Below are positions 1 through 13,524 of a stretch of 64,000 nt of DNA, one piece after another. The position numbers and the translations under genes were made by a program. The stretch's first letter is position 1. The number at the start of each line of letters is the position of its first letter. The notes beneath the pieces are model-generated. The model ran no database searches and had not been told where the DNA came from. It saw nothing but the letters and a program-made list of their open reading frames with translations. Source of the stretch: Thalia democratica (Eukaryota); the NCBI GenBank assembly GCA_965202585.1, contig OZ241832.1, positions 2,542,001 through 2,606,000 on the forward strand, written 5' to 3'.

Positions 1-715
1 TTTAAAAGAACTAGTATAAATAAATGCTATACAAGTATACAACTCAAAAACTGAGTATTTTATATTTAGAAAATTCAGATGTTTTATTAAAAGACGAAAC
101 CGAAAACATTATATACCATATATTATTAAAAAACCTAATAAAAGTTTGAATACAAGTTTGTTGTTAAATTCTATCGACCCAGACAATTTCGGCTCATATA
201 TAATATAGTATTAGCTGTTGCTTTCCCAACAATTGTCAAACAGTGTTTATTCGGTAAACAAGATTTAGCAACATTTATACGTTTGAGTCCCCAGAGTAAA
301 AAATACTTAAAAACAAAATTCGCCGGCGGAACTTTATTGATTGCGAAATTCGTAATTGTTTACAGTGAAAATTTTCTGCGGTTTTTAGTGTATTCGGATG
401 AACCTTGTGCTGGAGTCAAACTTTTGTATTTGTTCTTTTACTGCTGATTTATTTTGTGTTCTTTTTTGTTGTAAGTTGGTTTAATTTATTTAGCTTTTAC
501 ATAAATGAATTAATTATCAATTATAAATTAAATAGGCTTCGATTTTTTTTTGAGTCAATTATTCTCGTTTCAGCTATTCTATTTATCAATTATTGTATAG
601 TAATAAAAACTTATCTATACATGTATGTGTAATTTTATTTTAAATATTTTGATAAATAATATCTAAATTGTCAAACATATAAAATGAATGAACAAAAAAA
701 AAACACTTTCAAATA

Positions 716-1734
716 CAGTAGACTACCGCTTAAGTACGCACTTTTTTTTGGTACGCATCCCGCCTTAAGTACGCACTTATCCAAAAAGACAAAATCGAGA
801 ATCCATTCTCATTTCAGCATAGAAAATCCTACGAAGCTCCCTCATATTATCACGGGAGACATATGTTGGCTTTGGTGGTGCAACTTCACCTTTATCCTTA
901 TACTTGTTCCATAGAGTCATTTTCTGACGCTTTCCATCCATTTTTCTAAATTTCTCTAAATTTTTCTAATATTTTTAAAAAATCTTTTATTCAAAAACTT
1001 TCAGAATATCTGCAAAAGAAAGGCTAATTTTAATGTGACATAATATAAAACTAGTTAACCACAAAAACTAGTTACAAATTTTATACAGTCAAAATAAGCA
1101 TATAAAAAGAAACAACAACAAAAAACTAAAGTTAAAAAAATTAATGAGCATCTTATCATTGTGCACTTATACTATAAATGTTTCTACTGATATAAACTTG
1201 CTTACAAAAACAGTCCTGAAACGTTTTTCTTTCAAATAAAAAAAATCAAACACTTTTTAGCTAATGGAAAATTACATTAAGTGTATTACTTTTTAAATTA
1301 AATGTTTAATAAGAATATCAGCTATAAAAAACAAAACTAGGTTTATAATAAAACTGAAACAATTTAGCAAATAACAGAAACATGGTTTTAAGTAATAAAT
1401 AAAACTAAACTTAGCTTGACTAGCTTTTTTATATCATTGACTAACATGGACTTTCAATATTAAATGCATGTATTAATTATGTAGAAACTTTTTATAGAAA
1501 AAATATTTCATTTTCAAATCTATCAAAAAAATTTGCAGATTAGAATTATGTATTAAATGTTATTAAAAAAAAAGACTTGTTTATTTGGCTTAATTATTTG
1601 GTGGCTAGTTGTAAGAAAGAAAACAAACAACTAAATTTCATATTATACCATGTCGTCAAAAAGTACGCACTACCCGTGCTAAGTACGCACTTTTTGGTCG
1701 GGTTCAATTTGCGTACTTAAGCGGTAGTCTAATG
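716..1734. mobile_element. Non-autonomous Tc1/mariner-superfamily (pogo/Tigger-like) DNA transposon, MITE or deletion derivative
   Basis: 25-bp TIRs CAGTAGACTACCGCTTAAGTACGCA (716-740) and TGCGTACTTAAGCGGTAGTCTAATG (1710-1734), one mismatch. TA on both sides (714-715, 1735-1736). Subterminal AAGTACGCAC repeats at both ends. Absent from the paralogous copy near 14150. Confidence 0.88.
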
Positions 1735-4490
1735 TACTCAACACAGTATAAAATTAGAAGAATAAAAATAATATTCACAAAAAACAACTAACAAAACGTT
1801 CGAAATAAATCGACTGTTTACATAATTTTGTTTAAAAAAAGTTTCTAGAAAACTTGAACTTTTTCAACTTATATTACGTGGTTATTTGAAAATTAAACTT
1901 AGTCACGCAACTTAAAATACTTTGTAAATTAATTTAAGCCCATTTAAACTTGTAACTCTGCATAAAATTTGTTTTAACATCTTGAGAGCTTGAGTTTTAG
2001 TTTCTGTGAAAATATGTAAGTTTGTTCTTTAAACACTTATAAGTTAAAGACTTGATGTAAACGGAAAGTTTTTTTATCATAAACGTTTTAAATTTCGTTT
2101 ATTTCTTAAAACAAGTTGTTTCACTTAATTAAACTTATGCTTCTTATGGAAATGTCATCATTCTTATTAAAAAAAAACATTTGTAAACATATTCATAAAA
2201 ATTCATTACAAAATTCTAAATGTTTTTTCTTTAATTCAAATTTTTAGTTTTGTATGTTTCGAAGCCATAAATAAAAAATAAATGTTTTTTGAAATAAACT
2301 ATATTTTATTTTGATTAATTGTTTGTTTTTTCAGCATGTTACTAAGCACTTTTTCTAAAAATGATTATTTTAATTATAACAAAACTAAGTTGTATAGTGA
2401 ACAAGTATTATTATCGAACAACACTCAATTCTATTTTTGGTAAAAAACTGATGATCTTTACAATGTAAATAAGTAGCCTATATTAGAATACTCTAGTATT
2501 AAAAAAAAAGGTTCAAATGCTTTACTTTTTATTTTAGTGTGGCTTATAAGGAAAATAATTATATAGAATCCTTTACCAACAAGTAAATTTTATTTGCTAT
2601 TAGAAAAAGGTTTTAAAATGTCTTAAACAGTAATTTTGTTTATATTTGCCCAAAAAATGTCAATTTCTTGAAGTTAATTGAGCATATTGGTAAATTAAAA
2701 ATTCCGCAAATAAAGTCCCTACAGATTTTAATAAACAACTCGTATTTATATCTAGTCCTTTGAGATGATTTGTAAAATTTCTTAATACGATGAAATTTTA
2801 GAATAAATAAAAAACAGTTTTTGTTAGTTTTTACCAATCAAACCACATAACTTCATTATCAGATTTTAATTTTTAACTTTAGTTTTAATCAGAATATATT
2901 TAAATTTTTAAAAACTATTATACGTTTAGGTACATTTTAGTCTGGAATATTTTCAATTGAAAACTACTAAGCATTATTGCTACACTTTTTTGAATAAACA
3001 TTTTACACTACTCAGGTGTTACTTATTTTTTTTAAACTGTTTGTAAGATTATATTAGTTTTTACTTTATCAAATTCTATTGACATTCATATTTGACAAGG
3101 AATGATTTTTAAACTAAACGTTTAAATTTTTGTACATATAAAATCAATTTTTTTTATTTTATATGTACAAATAGTTAACCTTTAAGTTTAAAGTGTAAAC
3201 TGTAACACTGATGCTAGTCTAATTTATATTCATAGTGCTTTATCTTATTTATAACTTTCATACTTCATCTTACTACATATAAAAATAAAATGAAACATCA
3301 CATTTAATAATTACTTTTTACTCTTTTCATCTACTTTTCTTTCAAAAAAAAAACAAGGAACTAAGACCTTCTAAACTTTTTATCAAAAATAAGAAAAAGT
3401 GTATGTAAGACAAATAATTATATAATGATCTTTTTATTTTTGTTTTATTTTAAATCGTAAACATGTATGTACTTAAGAGGGCGTATGTTATATTTTGAGA
3501 ATATTTAACAGTAAAACTACACTTTTACTCATTAAAAACTTTTCTTAATAACAGATACGCTTTCTTGAGTAACTAAAAGTGTTTTGAAGCGATTTTAGTT
3601 TTGAAACATTACTTCTTTATGTGTGGTTATATTTTTTATTCTAAGTTTTTAAAACTGAAAAAAAAAACTTAACTCATCAATTCTACTTAACACACAATAT
3701 GAAAAAGTCAATAATATTCGTGATTTCCATTTTCATATACTATTAAGTTGTACATATATGTTTGTTTTAAATAGATTAATACCTTTTAGATGTGCTAAAT
3801 AAAAAATAAAAAATTCTCCAAAACAACAGTTTTAACATTTTTCAATTTTGTAATTTGCATAAACTACCAGAAGCTTATGTTTGTTTATTTCAATCAGTTA
3901 ACGCTCATCTCTCGGCCACAAACCGATCTGATTTTAATATTTTAATCAATATAAACATAACTTATTCTTACCTCTACTAAAGAGAAGGAAACTTGTTTAT
4001 TTAAATGTCGGCGGTTTAACCTTCAGACTACACTATGACGTAATAATAAATTTTGTTTAATCACCAACTAAACATATATATTACTACTTACAATTTTCAA
4101 TAAAATGTGATGAAACTTTACTTAAAAGTATATTCTTTGTTAGCATTAAGCAAAAATCAGAATAAAAGTATATAAACACATTGGTTTAAAATTAGGATTA
4201 TTTAGTATCTAATTTCTGCCCGTTCAGGATATTCAAATGATATAGTTTTTAAACAAAAATTCTTTAAAAACTTGTATTTTGAAAATCAGAAACACTAAAT
4301 ATCCGTAGAATTTTTTTTAACTTATTGCAAATAACTTAATGCCAAGTTAGTACCTACAGCAAACCTGATTTGTTAAAACAGTTATACACAACTGTAAAAA
4401 AAGCTAACTTTATTGTAGCATATTTGTAAACAAAAATCCTTAAAGTTGAGGAGTTAAACCAAAGCAGTAAGTAAAAGCTATTAATAGACC

Positions 4491-4530
4491 TATAAAAGGT
4501 TTCATGTAATAGTTGAAATCAAAGTAGCAG
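4491..4530 (+). promoter_or_regulatory. TATA-box core promoter candidate, duplication copy 1
   Basis: TATAAAAG at 4491-4498, then ATCAAAG (TCF/LEF-type) at 4518-4524 and a ~250-bp block conserved with copy 2. No transcript evidence. Confidence 0.45.
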
Positions 4531-6551
4531 TCGCAACAAAATGAACTTGGTATTGGCTAGCCGTCTGCGAACCATTCGATCGATCAACAAATAAAAGTGT
4601 TGGCTCGTCAGAAGGAAATAAATAGAGGGAAGAAGAGTAAATTTTCCTCCTCGTTTTTCAACTGAATGTTGGCATTTGTCGATTTTTTCGAGATTGCAAT
4701 TGGTTGAAACTATTTGTCGATTTTGCAGCATTTGAATGCTTCTGTTTGTTCAAAACTTTTTCATTGTCTACATGGAGGATCGGCAGTATTTAATGATGAA
4801 TAGAATGTTAACTATAATAACTTGTTAAGCGCTTTTCAGGCAACAGTATTATTAAAAGTATATGTAAAAATATTTTGATTTAATTAAAAATGTTATGTTT
4901 TTATCATTATTCCTGCAATTTTTTTAAAGTGGCTGGTCTCATATTACAATTAAATCTATCAAAAATACTTTTATAGAGCTAAAACTGAAAATCACTTTTT
5001 ATTTTTTTTATTTTAGGAAGTCCTGTAGATTATTTTATAAACTAATATTATAAACTAGCATTTTTATTACCAATGTCCAAGTAAACACACAAAGGATTTT
5101 CTTCATGTTCCTAATTTCCTTTAAATTAGTTGTTTTTAAACACTCTATTTTAGTTAACATCATAGATAAACAACATTGTTATGTGCAGTTAACTTTTTTA
5201 TTATACTTGAAAAGATCGAAATTTTTTTGCCACCGAAACCCAGGTTGTGAATAAAATATTTAATTTGTTTTTTATTAAGATATTTTTTTAAATTTAAATA
5301 AGCTGTTTAAATTTCAGTTGCGACAAATTACTATATAAACACTCTATTCATAAAAAAATATTATTAAAAAAAATTATTACCACCTATTTCAAATGTCTTC
5401 CTTGATTGTACAAAAGCTTTTTAAAATATAGTACATATAGGCATTGAACATTTAGTTTAAAATTTAAAATATTTTGTAAATAACCAAGCGTGGTCTACTT
5501 ATAACTCAGAGGAATATTAATAATAAAATATGTAAACAAACAAAATTAGTTATAAGTTTTAGGTCAAATGGTATCATAGTAGAATAAGTGACACATAGAT
5601 TGATTGGTAGTTTTTATAATAAAACTAATTTGAACTTTGTTTTAAAACTTTATTTCTTCAAGGTCATATTATATTAAAAAAAAAAATTCATTTATTACTC
5701 TAAACCTGGATAACTTTAGTTATGAGTTTTCAAAACAAACCTAATGAAAATGAAGTTTTGAAGTTTAAATTTTGTTTTGAAAACATTAAGTTTGTTTTGA
5801 TTACAAAATTGTAGTAGCTAAATCTTATTTTAATTATCTTATTTTGAGTTTTCCTTTTTTCACTCGTATATACTTTATTAAAAGTTTAGCGAACAAATTT
5901 AAATTTAAATTATTTAATTAGTTTTGTAACATTTTGCTTTTGATATAACTTGTAGATTCCTTTTTATTTTTACTAAATTGCCTATTTTGTCCTAAAAAAC
6001 TTGTTGATTATAAAATTTGAAGTTCTAATTTGAAATGTAGTATACTTTGTTGTTTAATTCATTTAAGTATTTTAACTGTACATCACATTTTTACTTACAT
6101 ATTCATTACAAAACTTAAGATCGTATTTAAGCAAATCAAAAACAAATATTCAATCGATTTCTTCATAAGGATGTTAAAATTCGATTAGTAAACAATATAG
6201 TTGCGTATTATGATAGAATAATTTTCTGCTGAAAATATTAACATTTTGGTTATTTTACAACAGTTTTATTTTTAACGTAATATTATACTACTCGTTTAAA
6301 TACCAATCCAGTAAGAAACACATTCTACGTTTAAAATTTATTCGCATGACGACGTTTCGACTTTCAATAAGTCATTATCAACAAATTACTGTGCAAAAAT
6401 AAATAAAATTAGTGATAAACAACTAAGTATACAAAAAAAAATTTTTCTAAGTGATACACTATATAAAAATTTTATAAATTAAGATTATAAACTCTAATAA
6501 AATAACATTTTACATAAGTACTAACAAATTGTTAAACTAATATATATCAAA

Positions 6552-7133
6552 CTAATCAAAAATTCTTAATGTATGGGTAATACCCGGTTTAATTAATTGT
6601 TTATTTAAAATTGGATTATAGCGTTTAATTAGTAGAGCTTCACTTATCATGGTCTCAAATTTATTTCTACATTCTTTCAAAATTCCAAAATTATTAGTAG
6701 TTATTTTTTCATTTTTACAAACATTACAATTGCTAATATGGTCCGATACCGATGTTTTGCCCTTTAAATGTTCTTTAATTCTTTCTACTAATGGTCGTGA
6801 AGTGAATCCAATATATTGGATACTCTTATCATAAGAGCATTTATACTCATAGACCACGTTTGATTTTAATTCATGGGGTGTCTTATCTTTATTACTAAAG
6901 TAATTGCTTACTTTTGTTGTGGTAAAAATTACTTTGAATTCTTCGATGTAGTTGTTTAGAAGCTTTTCTAGTTTCTTTTTATACTCGATACTAGGTTTTC
7001 CAATATAAGGTACCTTTACAACATTTTTGAAGTCTGAGTTACTTAGTTTTTGTTTAGTGCAGTCTTTATTAATATTAAGAGATCTTTCAATTATGTCATC
7101 AACAAATTTCTTTGGATAACCATTCTTAATCAT
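6552..7133 (-). pseudogene. C-terminal fragment of Penelope ORF: RT thumb/linker plus GIY-YIG endonuclease (193 aa, stop-free)
   Basis: NGYPKKFVD and VKVPYIG (PLE RT C-terminal/linker motifs); VVYEYKC-x6-YIGFTSRPLVERIKEH (GIY-YIG); C/H residues and ISEALLIK-x3-P-x-LN typical of Penelope endonucleases. Truncated at the inversion junction. Confidence 0.9.
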
Positions 7134-7214
7134 TTTATATAGTGTATCACTTAGAAAAATTTTTTTTTGTATACTTAGTTGTTTATCACTAATTTTATTT
7201 ATTTTTGCACAGTA

Positions 7215-7261
7215 ATTTGTTGATAATGACTTATTGAAAGTCGAAACGTCGTCATGCGAAT
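7215..7261 (+). ncRNA. Minimal hammerhead-ribozyme-like motif in Penelope pLTR (second copy on - strand at ~6340-6386)
   Basis: UUGAUAA-U-GACUU(AUUGA)AAGUC-GAAAC-GUC-GUC: core with U3/A8 in place of C3/G8, 5-bp stem II, very short stem III. Stem I does not pair in the canonical register. Confidence 0.5.
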
Positions 7262-8724
7262 AAATTTTAAACGTAGAATGTGTTTCTTACTGAATTGGTA
7301 TTTAAAAACTCCAGTATCCCCACCTGTTTTTTACTACTCGTTTAAATTTTAGTTATGTATTGTGATCTTAATTGTTTTGTTAGATCTTTTGTAACCTTAA
7401 TTACTTAAATTTGTAAAAAAAAACGTAGTAATATGTTTTATATTAAAGCAATTGGTTTGTGATCTTATAAAAGCTTTAAACAGTTTGCATCCAAAAATTT
7501 AAAATTCTGCGCATTCTATATAATGTTTTGTTTTATTGTTTATGTTTTATTTCTAAAAGAAGACTTTTAAGGTATAGTCACATTTATAATAAATAGTATT
7601 ATATGCGTTAAAATATATTAAAAACTAATCGAAGAACAACTCTTAATTTATGTTATACAAACTAAAACAATATATCACTTAAAACAAGTATAGTTTTTGC
7701 TTTTATAGAATCTTTAATTCTGTGTTCTGAGATTAAAACCTTAAATAAAAACCATTGGAAATACTGAATTTCATGACATGACTAAGTTTTAATTAATTTA
7801 CTTAAATACAAAAAATTTAAAAAACTAATTGCTATAACTTAAAAACCTTTAAAACTTAACCATTTTAGTCACTACTATAATGAAATTTTTTAAACTCCCT
7901 AACATAAATAACCTATTTAAACAGTTTGAGAAGTTAGAATACGTAAAGAAGTTTTCTCAGTATAAATTAGCTGTAAAACGTTTAAGAACAGTTCAATCAA
8001 GAAAAGTTTAGCAAGAACTTTTTTATTTGAAAATTTATATAAGTATATATATTCATATGCACGTGGCAATAATTAATTTGTTAAAACGTATGGTATTCTA
8101 AAGTACTTAAGGAATTTTTGTAGTATCCAAACAGACGTTAAAAAATTTTAAAAAATTTGTATTATTTTTCCTGACGATCTCCTTATTACGTCAACAAACC
8201 CAAAAACAATCCTTATTACTTTGATTTACTCTTTACTTTAAGATGATTGAAGTTAATGAAGGTACAATATCATCTTCAAGTAATTCAATACAAACACTTC
8301 ACAACAAACAGATTACTGATTACAGAACAACACTAAATTACAACATACGGGGGTAACCTTTTGGTTTTGATAAAATATAAGCCTGTATTTATTTACTGTT
8401 TCTTTTAAAATATTTTATCAAGCTAGAAAGTTTTTAAACTTAATACATTTTTTCATAAGAAAACTTAGCATCACAACTTAACTTTGATAGCAAAAACATT
8501 ACACAAGTAAAAAATAAATTTAGAAAGTTAAGAATGTTAAAAGAAATAATTAAAATGTATAACATGTTTTATAACTTTTGTACAAATAGAACACTCTTTT
8601 TTTTTCTAACAGCAACCTACAAGTGCTTTAGTTGTTGTTTTGCATAATAAAACACTTTATGCATTACTTTCATTAAAATATGTATTTATAATTTCTTATA
8701 ACTACATCAAGGTATCAATCGAAC

Positions 8725-9361
8725 GGGATGCTGCCAAATTTGCATGCAAAACTGAACGAGGGGACAAAATTACACGAGTGCAAAAAACTACACGAAGAAA
8801 CTTTTGCACGAGGGGATAAAACTTCACGAAGATACTTTTGCACGAGCAGACAATTTTGCACGGAGACATTTTTGCACAGGTTAAACTTTTATTATTTACT
8901 TTTTAATTTTTTTAATAATACTAGTTATTTTTATTTTTTATTTATTTTTTTTTTTTTTTTACTATCACTGTTACCCTTAATTTTTACCCTCGGTAGGTAG
9001 GTTTTTTTTTATCAATTTGTTTTTTAATTATTTTTCTTATTATCACTGTTACCCCTTACTCTTAGCCTTGGTCGGTAGCTTTTTTTTTAATATTTTTTTT
9101 CTTAATAACAATAGGTTTTGTTAATTTTATTTTCTGTTTTTACTATCGTTGTTACCCCTAACCCTTACCTTCGTTCACTAACTTTTTTTTCTTTTTTTGC
9201 ATTAAATTACTATTCTTTTTCTTGTTTTTACTTTTTTTTTCTGAATTTTAATTTTTGTGCAAAAATGTAAATCTTGCAAGATTAATCCTTGCTGCAAAAT
9301 TGTTTTCGTGCAATTTTGTGCCCTCAAGCAATTTTGTCTTCGTGCAATTTAGACCCGTCCC
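8725..9361. mobile_element. MITE-like element with GGGA...TCCC termini and subterminal TGCACGA(A/G)/AAAATTGCAC arrays
   Basis: Imperfect terminal inverted repeats (GGGATGCTGCCAAATTTGCA vs TGCAATTTAGACCCGTCCC), repeated TTTTGCACGAG/TTCGTGCAA motifs inverted at the two ends, T-rich core. Related copy at 13029-13427. Superfamily not assignable. Confidence 0.75.
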
Positions 9362-12300
9362 CCTCAACTATTTAGGGTTTTATATAACTTTAAAAATTTA
9401 AAATTAATAATGAGATTTTAGATATAAGCAGCATTGTTTTTTTCGTTGTTTACTATTAAATAAAAGGAACTAAATAGAAGGGTAACTGTATTGATGTTTA
9501 CATAATACGTTTATATTAAATTTAAAAGAAACCAAAAAATTGAAAGAAAAAAAAACTATATTTATGCAAAAAATTATAATAAAACTATTGGCCGTTTAAA
9601 ACTGTTACTTCGTTATAACTCAAGTATTTACTGATAACAATAAATAATTTAAACACTCTTTATAATAATTAATACATGAAAATGTCCTATAGTTATTGTA
9701 AAAACCAATGTTAGCCGTAAAACATTGAATATTGTTATAGCAACGGTTGACTTTTTCACGAGAACCAATTAAGTTTATGGTGAAAAAAAAAGTGCACCAG
9801 TTGAATTATAGATGCTATAAAAATGTAACTAGCAAGCTAAACTTGTTGAACAGCTTTAGTAGCTTACAGCTTTAAATTTGTTCTTGTTTTACTTAAATAA
9901 AATATTTTAAAATATATTGTCTGGCTTTTCTTATAAAAGCTTCTCTATTGTGGTTGATTTAAAAATAATCTAGTCTTAATCATTTTTTGCAATAAACTAT
10001 TTGTATTTTTTAATAACTACCTTTTATTAAACCATGCTTAGCTAAGATTAATAAAAGTTTATAAAGATAATACTTACTACATTGAAAAGTGCATTGATAA
10101 ACATACTATATGTTGCATCTTTTGCTTAAAGTTTCAAAAGTATCAGCAAAATATCTATAAAGAATAACAACCACTAAGCATGTAGTACAAAGTTGTTTTC
10201 AACTTAGTAACATAAATTTATTTACAGTTCGCACAAACTGAATTTTTATCGATTCAATATAAGAGTGTCACGACATTCTTGGCTACAAAATTGTTACTGG
10301 CTTTAATTTCCTAAATCTTGTAAATATTTGCAACATTTAATCCCCCTGAGTAAAAAACATTCAAAAAGAACATTTACCGGCAGATAAGTGAGAATTATTG
10401 ATTACAAAGTTCGTAAATATTTCGGTGTAAATTTTTGGTTTTTGTTAACTTCATTTAAAATGTTTTGTTTTTGTAGCAAGTAACTAAATCGAAAGAATTA
10501 CAATTGTTTCTAAATTTACTTCTAATCAATTCTAAAAAAGAACTAACTTGATTTGGTTGACAAAAAATTTTAAACGATATAAATTCAGATATATACTTTT
10601 AACAACTTAATATCGTATTTTAGGCTAGATATATACTTAAATTTAATAAAACTGTCACTCATACAGTAAAATTGTTACAGAAAACTAAAAATAATATCTA
10701 TATGACTAAAGAAAGATTCATAAAGTATATATACATATTTAATTATATAAAAAATGTAAATTTTTACAACTGTTTAACATGTGAAATATTTCTATTTCAC
10801 ACTTGAAACAAAAATCTATCGTTTTAATACAATTAAATAGTTAGCTCCAATTATATTTGTCGAGCACTATTGACCGAAACTTAAAAAAAAATTATGTATG
10901 TATATATGGAAGATGTGTACATGTCAAGTTTTTCTAAAAAACAATGGTCGTTTCTATCAATTTAAAAAGTAAAAAGTAAAGATTGAGTCATGTTTTGATT
11001 TCAATACAAAATAAATAATATTTAAATTGTTCGAAACTCGTGCTAAACTAGTATAGAGAAAGTAATTTTGAGAATTTTAATTCTTACAAAACGAATTAAA
11101 GAGAGTTAACACTTTTGACTAAGTAACTTTTTTACTTTCTATCGAAACCAAAGTATCTAGAAAAAATATTTTAAAATGAGCTGTGTAAGTAATTTAAAAA
11201 GTAACAAAAGAAGCAATAAAAAAAAAAAAAAAGTTTTAAAATGTTTTAGTAATAAAACATTTTTTTTTCTAAACGATTTAAAAAAAATTAAAAAACAAAA
11301 ATTTTAACTTTATATCACATTATATCTAAATCATCTTAGTTTTCTTTTAATATGTATCTAAATATATTTTATTAAAAAAACCTTTTAATATTAAAACTTA
11401 TAATGAGGATTTAGACTAAAACTATATTGACAAAAATATTTACTTGTATAAACTTATTTTATTAAACTATTTCTGACTGTTTTAAAAACTAAGACAAAAG
11501 CAAATTATACTTTTGAACATAATAATCATAAATAGTTAAACTGAAATCTTGTAATCACTGCAAAATTCTCTGGGAAAATTTTACCAACTAAAACATTTTA
11601 ATCTTTGGAAAAGGGAAGCATAAGCTATTAAGCTGACAGAAAAAAAATAAGATTAAACAAAAAAAAATCCAAATAGCTTTACTAGAAGAAAAATTTAATA
11701 GTAAAATAAGTATTTTAGAAATAGATTTTGCTTATTAATTAAAAAATTTAATTAAGTCAGTTTCTCTTTATATTTCATAACATTTTTTGTTATTAATTTT
11801 TAGGCGAAGGAACAATTTAAAGATTTTCTATGAAAATTTTGAATAGGAAAAATATTTGATAGTTGAACGTAAATTTGATAATTGATAGTTGATAGTTTAT
11901 ATTACTTATTTGATAGTTGATATTTGATATTTGTAACCTCCTGATTAACAACGTTAATTGTGCAAAGAACTATGATTTATCAAAATTTAAGGTTATTTAC
12001 AGACAAATTCCATTGATTTGGTCAGATTAGAAGCAATCTCAATATTTTTAAATAAACCAGAACTGTGTAAGCTTAAAGAGTTTGACTATAAGGTTTCCTT
12101 ATTTGTTTAAAAGTGTCTTTGGTTAATTTGTTTAAAAGCTTCCTTGGTTTTTTTATTTACTTAAGTGTTTTTGTTTGTGTTAAACATTTTATTTCGTTTT
12201 GTAATTTAAAATATTAGTTTTTTGCGTTAATTACTATTTTACATTAATTTATTTTGTTGACTGTTTTTTTTAAGCAATTTAATTACTTAAGCAGTTTTCT

Positions 12301-13028
12301 AAAGTTATTGTTTTTACTTTAAAAGCTATTGTTCTATTTTAAAATTCTGCAGTTAGTTTCTGAAGAGTCGCAGTGAAAATATATTAAAACTCCTTGGTAA
12401 AACATTGATTGTTCTTTATATAGGTAAAAAGTATAGTAGACCTATGTTTTTAATGTTAAAATATTTGATATTAAGACAAATACAAAATCAATGTTTACGT
12501 ATAATATTTTCATTAAACAATTTAATTAAATTTTTAGTTAAGAAAAAAAAATAGCTGTCATCTGTAAAAATCAACTATCATTTTACAAATTTGAATGTCA
12601 TGAAAATTTAAAAAACTTCAAAAAATTTGTATTTAGTAATCTAAAATTTTTCATATTAAATATATTGCTTTTTTGCCGAATACCTCAAAAAAATATGTGG
12701 AAAAAAAAAACTACAACAATTCTTATCAAATTAACTTTTCATGAAACTATTAAAAGTAATAAATTCCATTAACGACTAAAGTTTATTTTAAATTATTGTT
12801 TTTTAGTTTTAACAAGTGTATCCATACCAAAGTTTTTATTTGTTGGTTACTTTGCATTTTTCAATCAAACCATGTTGAACATTAAGCTTCTTTAAAAAGT
12901 TATTAATATTAACTTTGAAACAAAAAGATAGCTTTTTTTAACAAAAAAAAAAAGTTAAAACTTTTTCCAATAAGCAAGCATAACAAAAGAAAATGACCAA
13001 CAATTCCGTCTAATAATCACAACTAACT

Positions 13029-13427
13029 GGTATGTGTCAAATTTGCAAGAGCGTACAAAGTTGCACAAGTGCACAAAAATGCACAATAATACTTTTGCAT
13101 CAAGACACTTTTGCCACGGATTAAACTTTTTTTTTTTTTTTTTGTATATTTATCTTTTTTTTATTCAAAAGATTTTTTTTACTATCACCGTTACCACTAA
13201 CACTTACCCTCGGTCGGTATCTTCTTTTTTTTCATTGTTGTATTTATTAATTTATCTTTTAGTTTTTTATTTCTGTACTTTTTTTAAATAATTTTTTATC
13301 TCTGTTTTTTTTTTACTCTCGTGCAAAATTTTCTTCGTGTAAATTTTTCTTCGTGCAAAATTATCGTCGTATGAAATTGACTCTTTGTGCAAATTTTAGT
13401 TTCTTCGTGCGATTTTAATCCGTTCCC
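13029..13427. mobile_element. Second, more degenerate copy of the TGCACGAAG-array MITE family
   Basis: Same end motifs (CAAATTTGCAAG...; ...TTCTTCGTGCGATTTTAATCCGTTCCC) and same internal TACTATCAC(C/T)GTTACC...TTACCCTCGGT segment as 8725-9361. Confidence 0.7.
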
Positions 13428-13524
13428 GTTTATTGAATTACAACGACTAATTTTCACTACATCTTGCCTTTCTAATCGAACTTAATGTTCCCATTGATAA
13501 TATGAAAAAAAATATATTAAATTA

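Larger units (their letters stand above)
90..4767 (+). repeat. Copy 1 of a diverged non-coding segmental duplication (partner ~13525-17146), interrupted by a MITE
   Basis: Colinear near-identical blocks, e.g. 171-427 vs ~13598-13852 (TATCGACCCAGACAATTTCGGCT...TGTGCTGGAGTCAAACTTTTGT), ~1740-2110 vs ~14160-14520, ~2630-2760 vs ~15050-15180, ~3400-3570 vs ~15865-16040, ~4480-4767 vs ~16895-17146. Homology may extend left of the window. Confidence 0.92.
6301..7331 (-). mobile_element. 5'-truncated Penelope-like retroelement with inverted pLTR
   Basis: 15-bp direct repeat TACTACTCGTTTAAA at 6286-6300 and 7332-7346 (TSD). ~175-bp near-perfect inverted repeat (~6295-6469 vs ~7133-7306). Internal ORF with GIY-YIG endonuclease. 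Confidence 0.93.

Noticed and set aside
4519-4731. Minus-strand ORF sharing QHFYLLIDR with the ORF at 16851-17054
   Set aside because: The shared peptide reflects nucleotide duplication; frames break between copies through indels, so coding is not conserved.
7131-7133. ATG as the true start of the GIY-YIG ORF
   Set aside because: It lies at the inversion junction of a 5'-truncated element; the RT core is missing.
9040-9180. TTACCCCTAACCCTTACC as interstitial telomeric repeat
   Set aside because: Only one or two imperfect units, internal to a MITE family sequence.
11990-12130. Short open frame LQTNSIDLVRLEAISIFLNKPELCKLKEFDYK as an exon or LINE relic
   Set aside because: No convincing motif, no partner exons; cannot be supported without a search.
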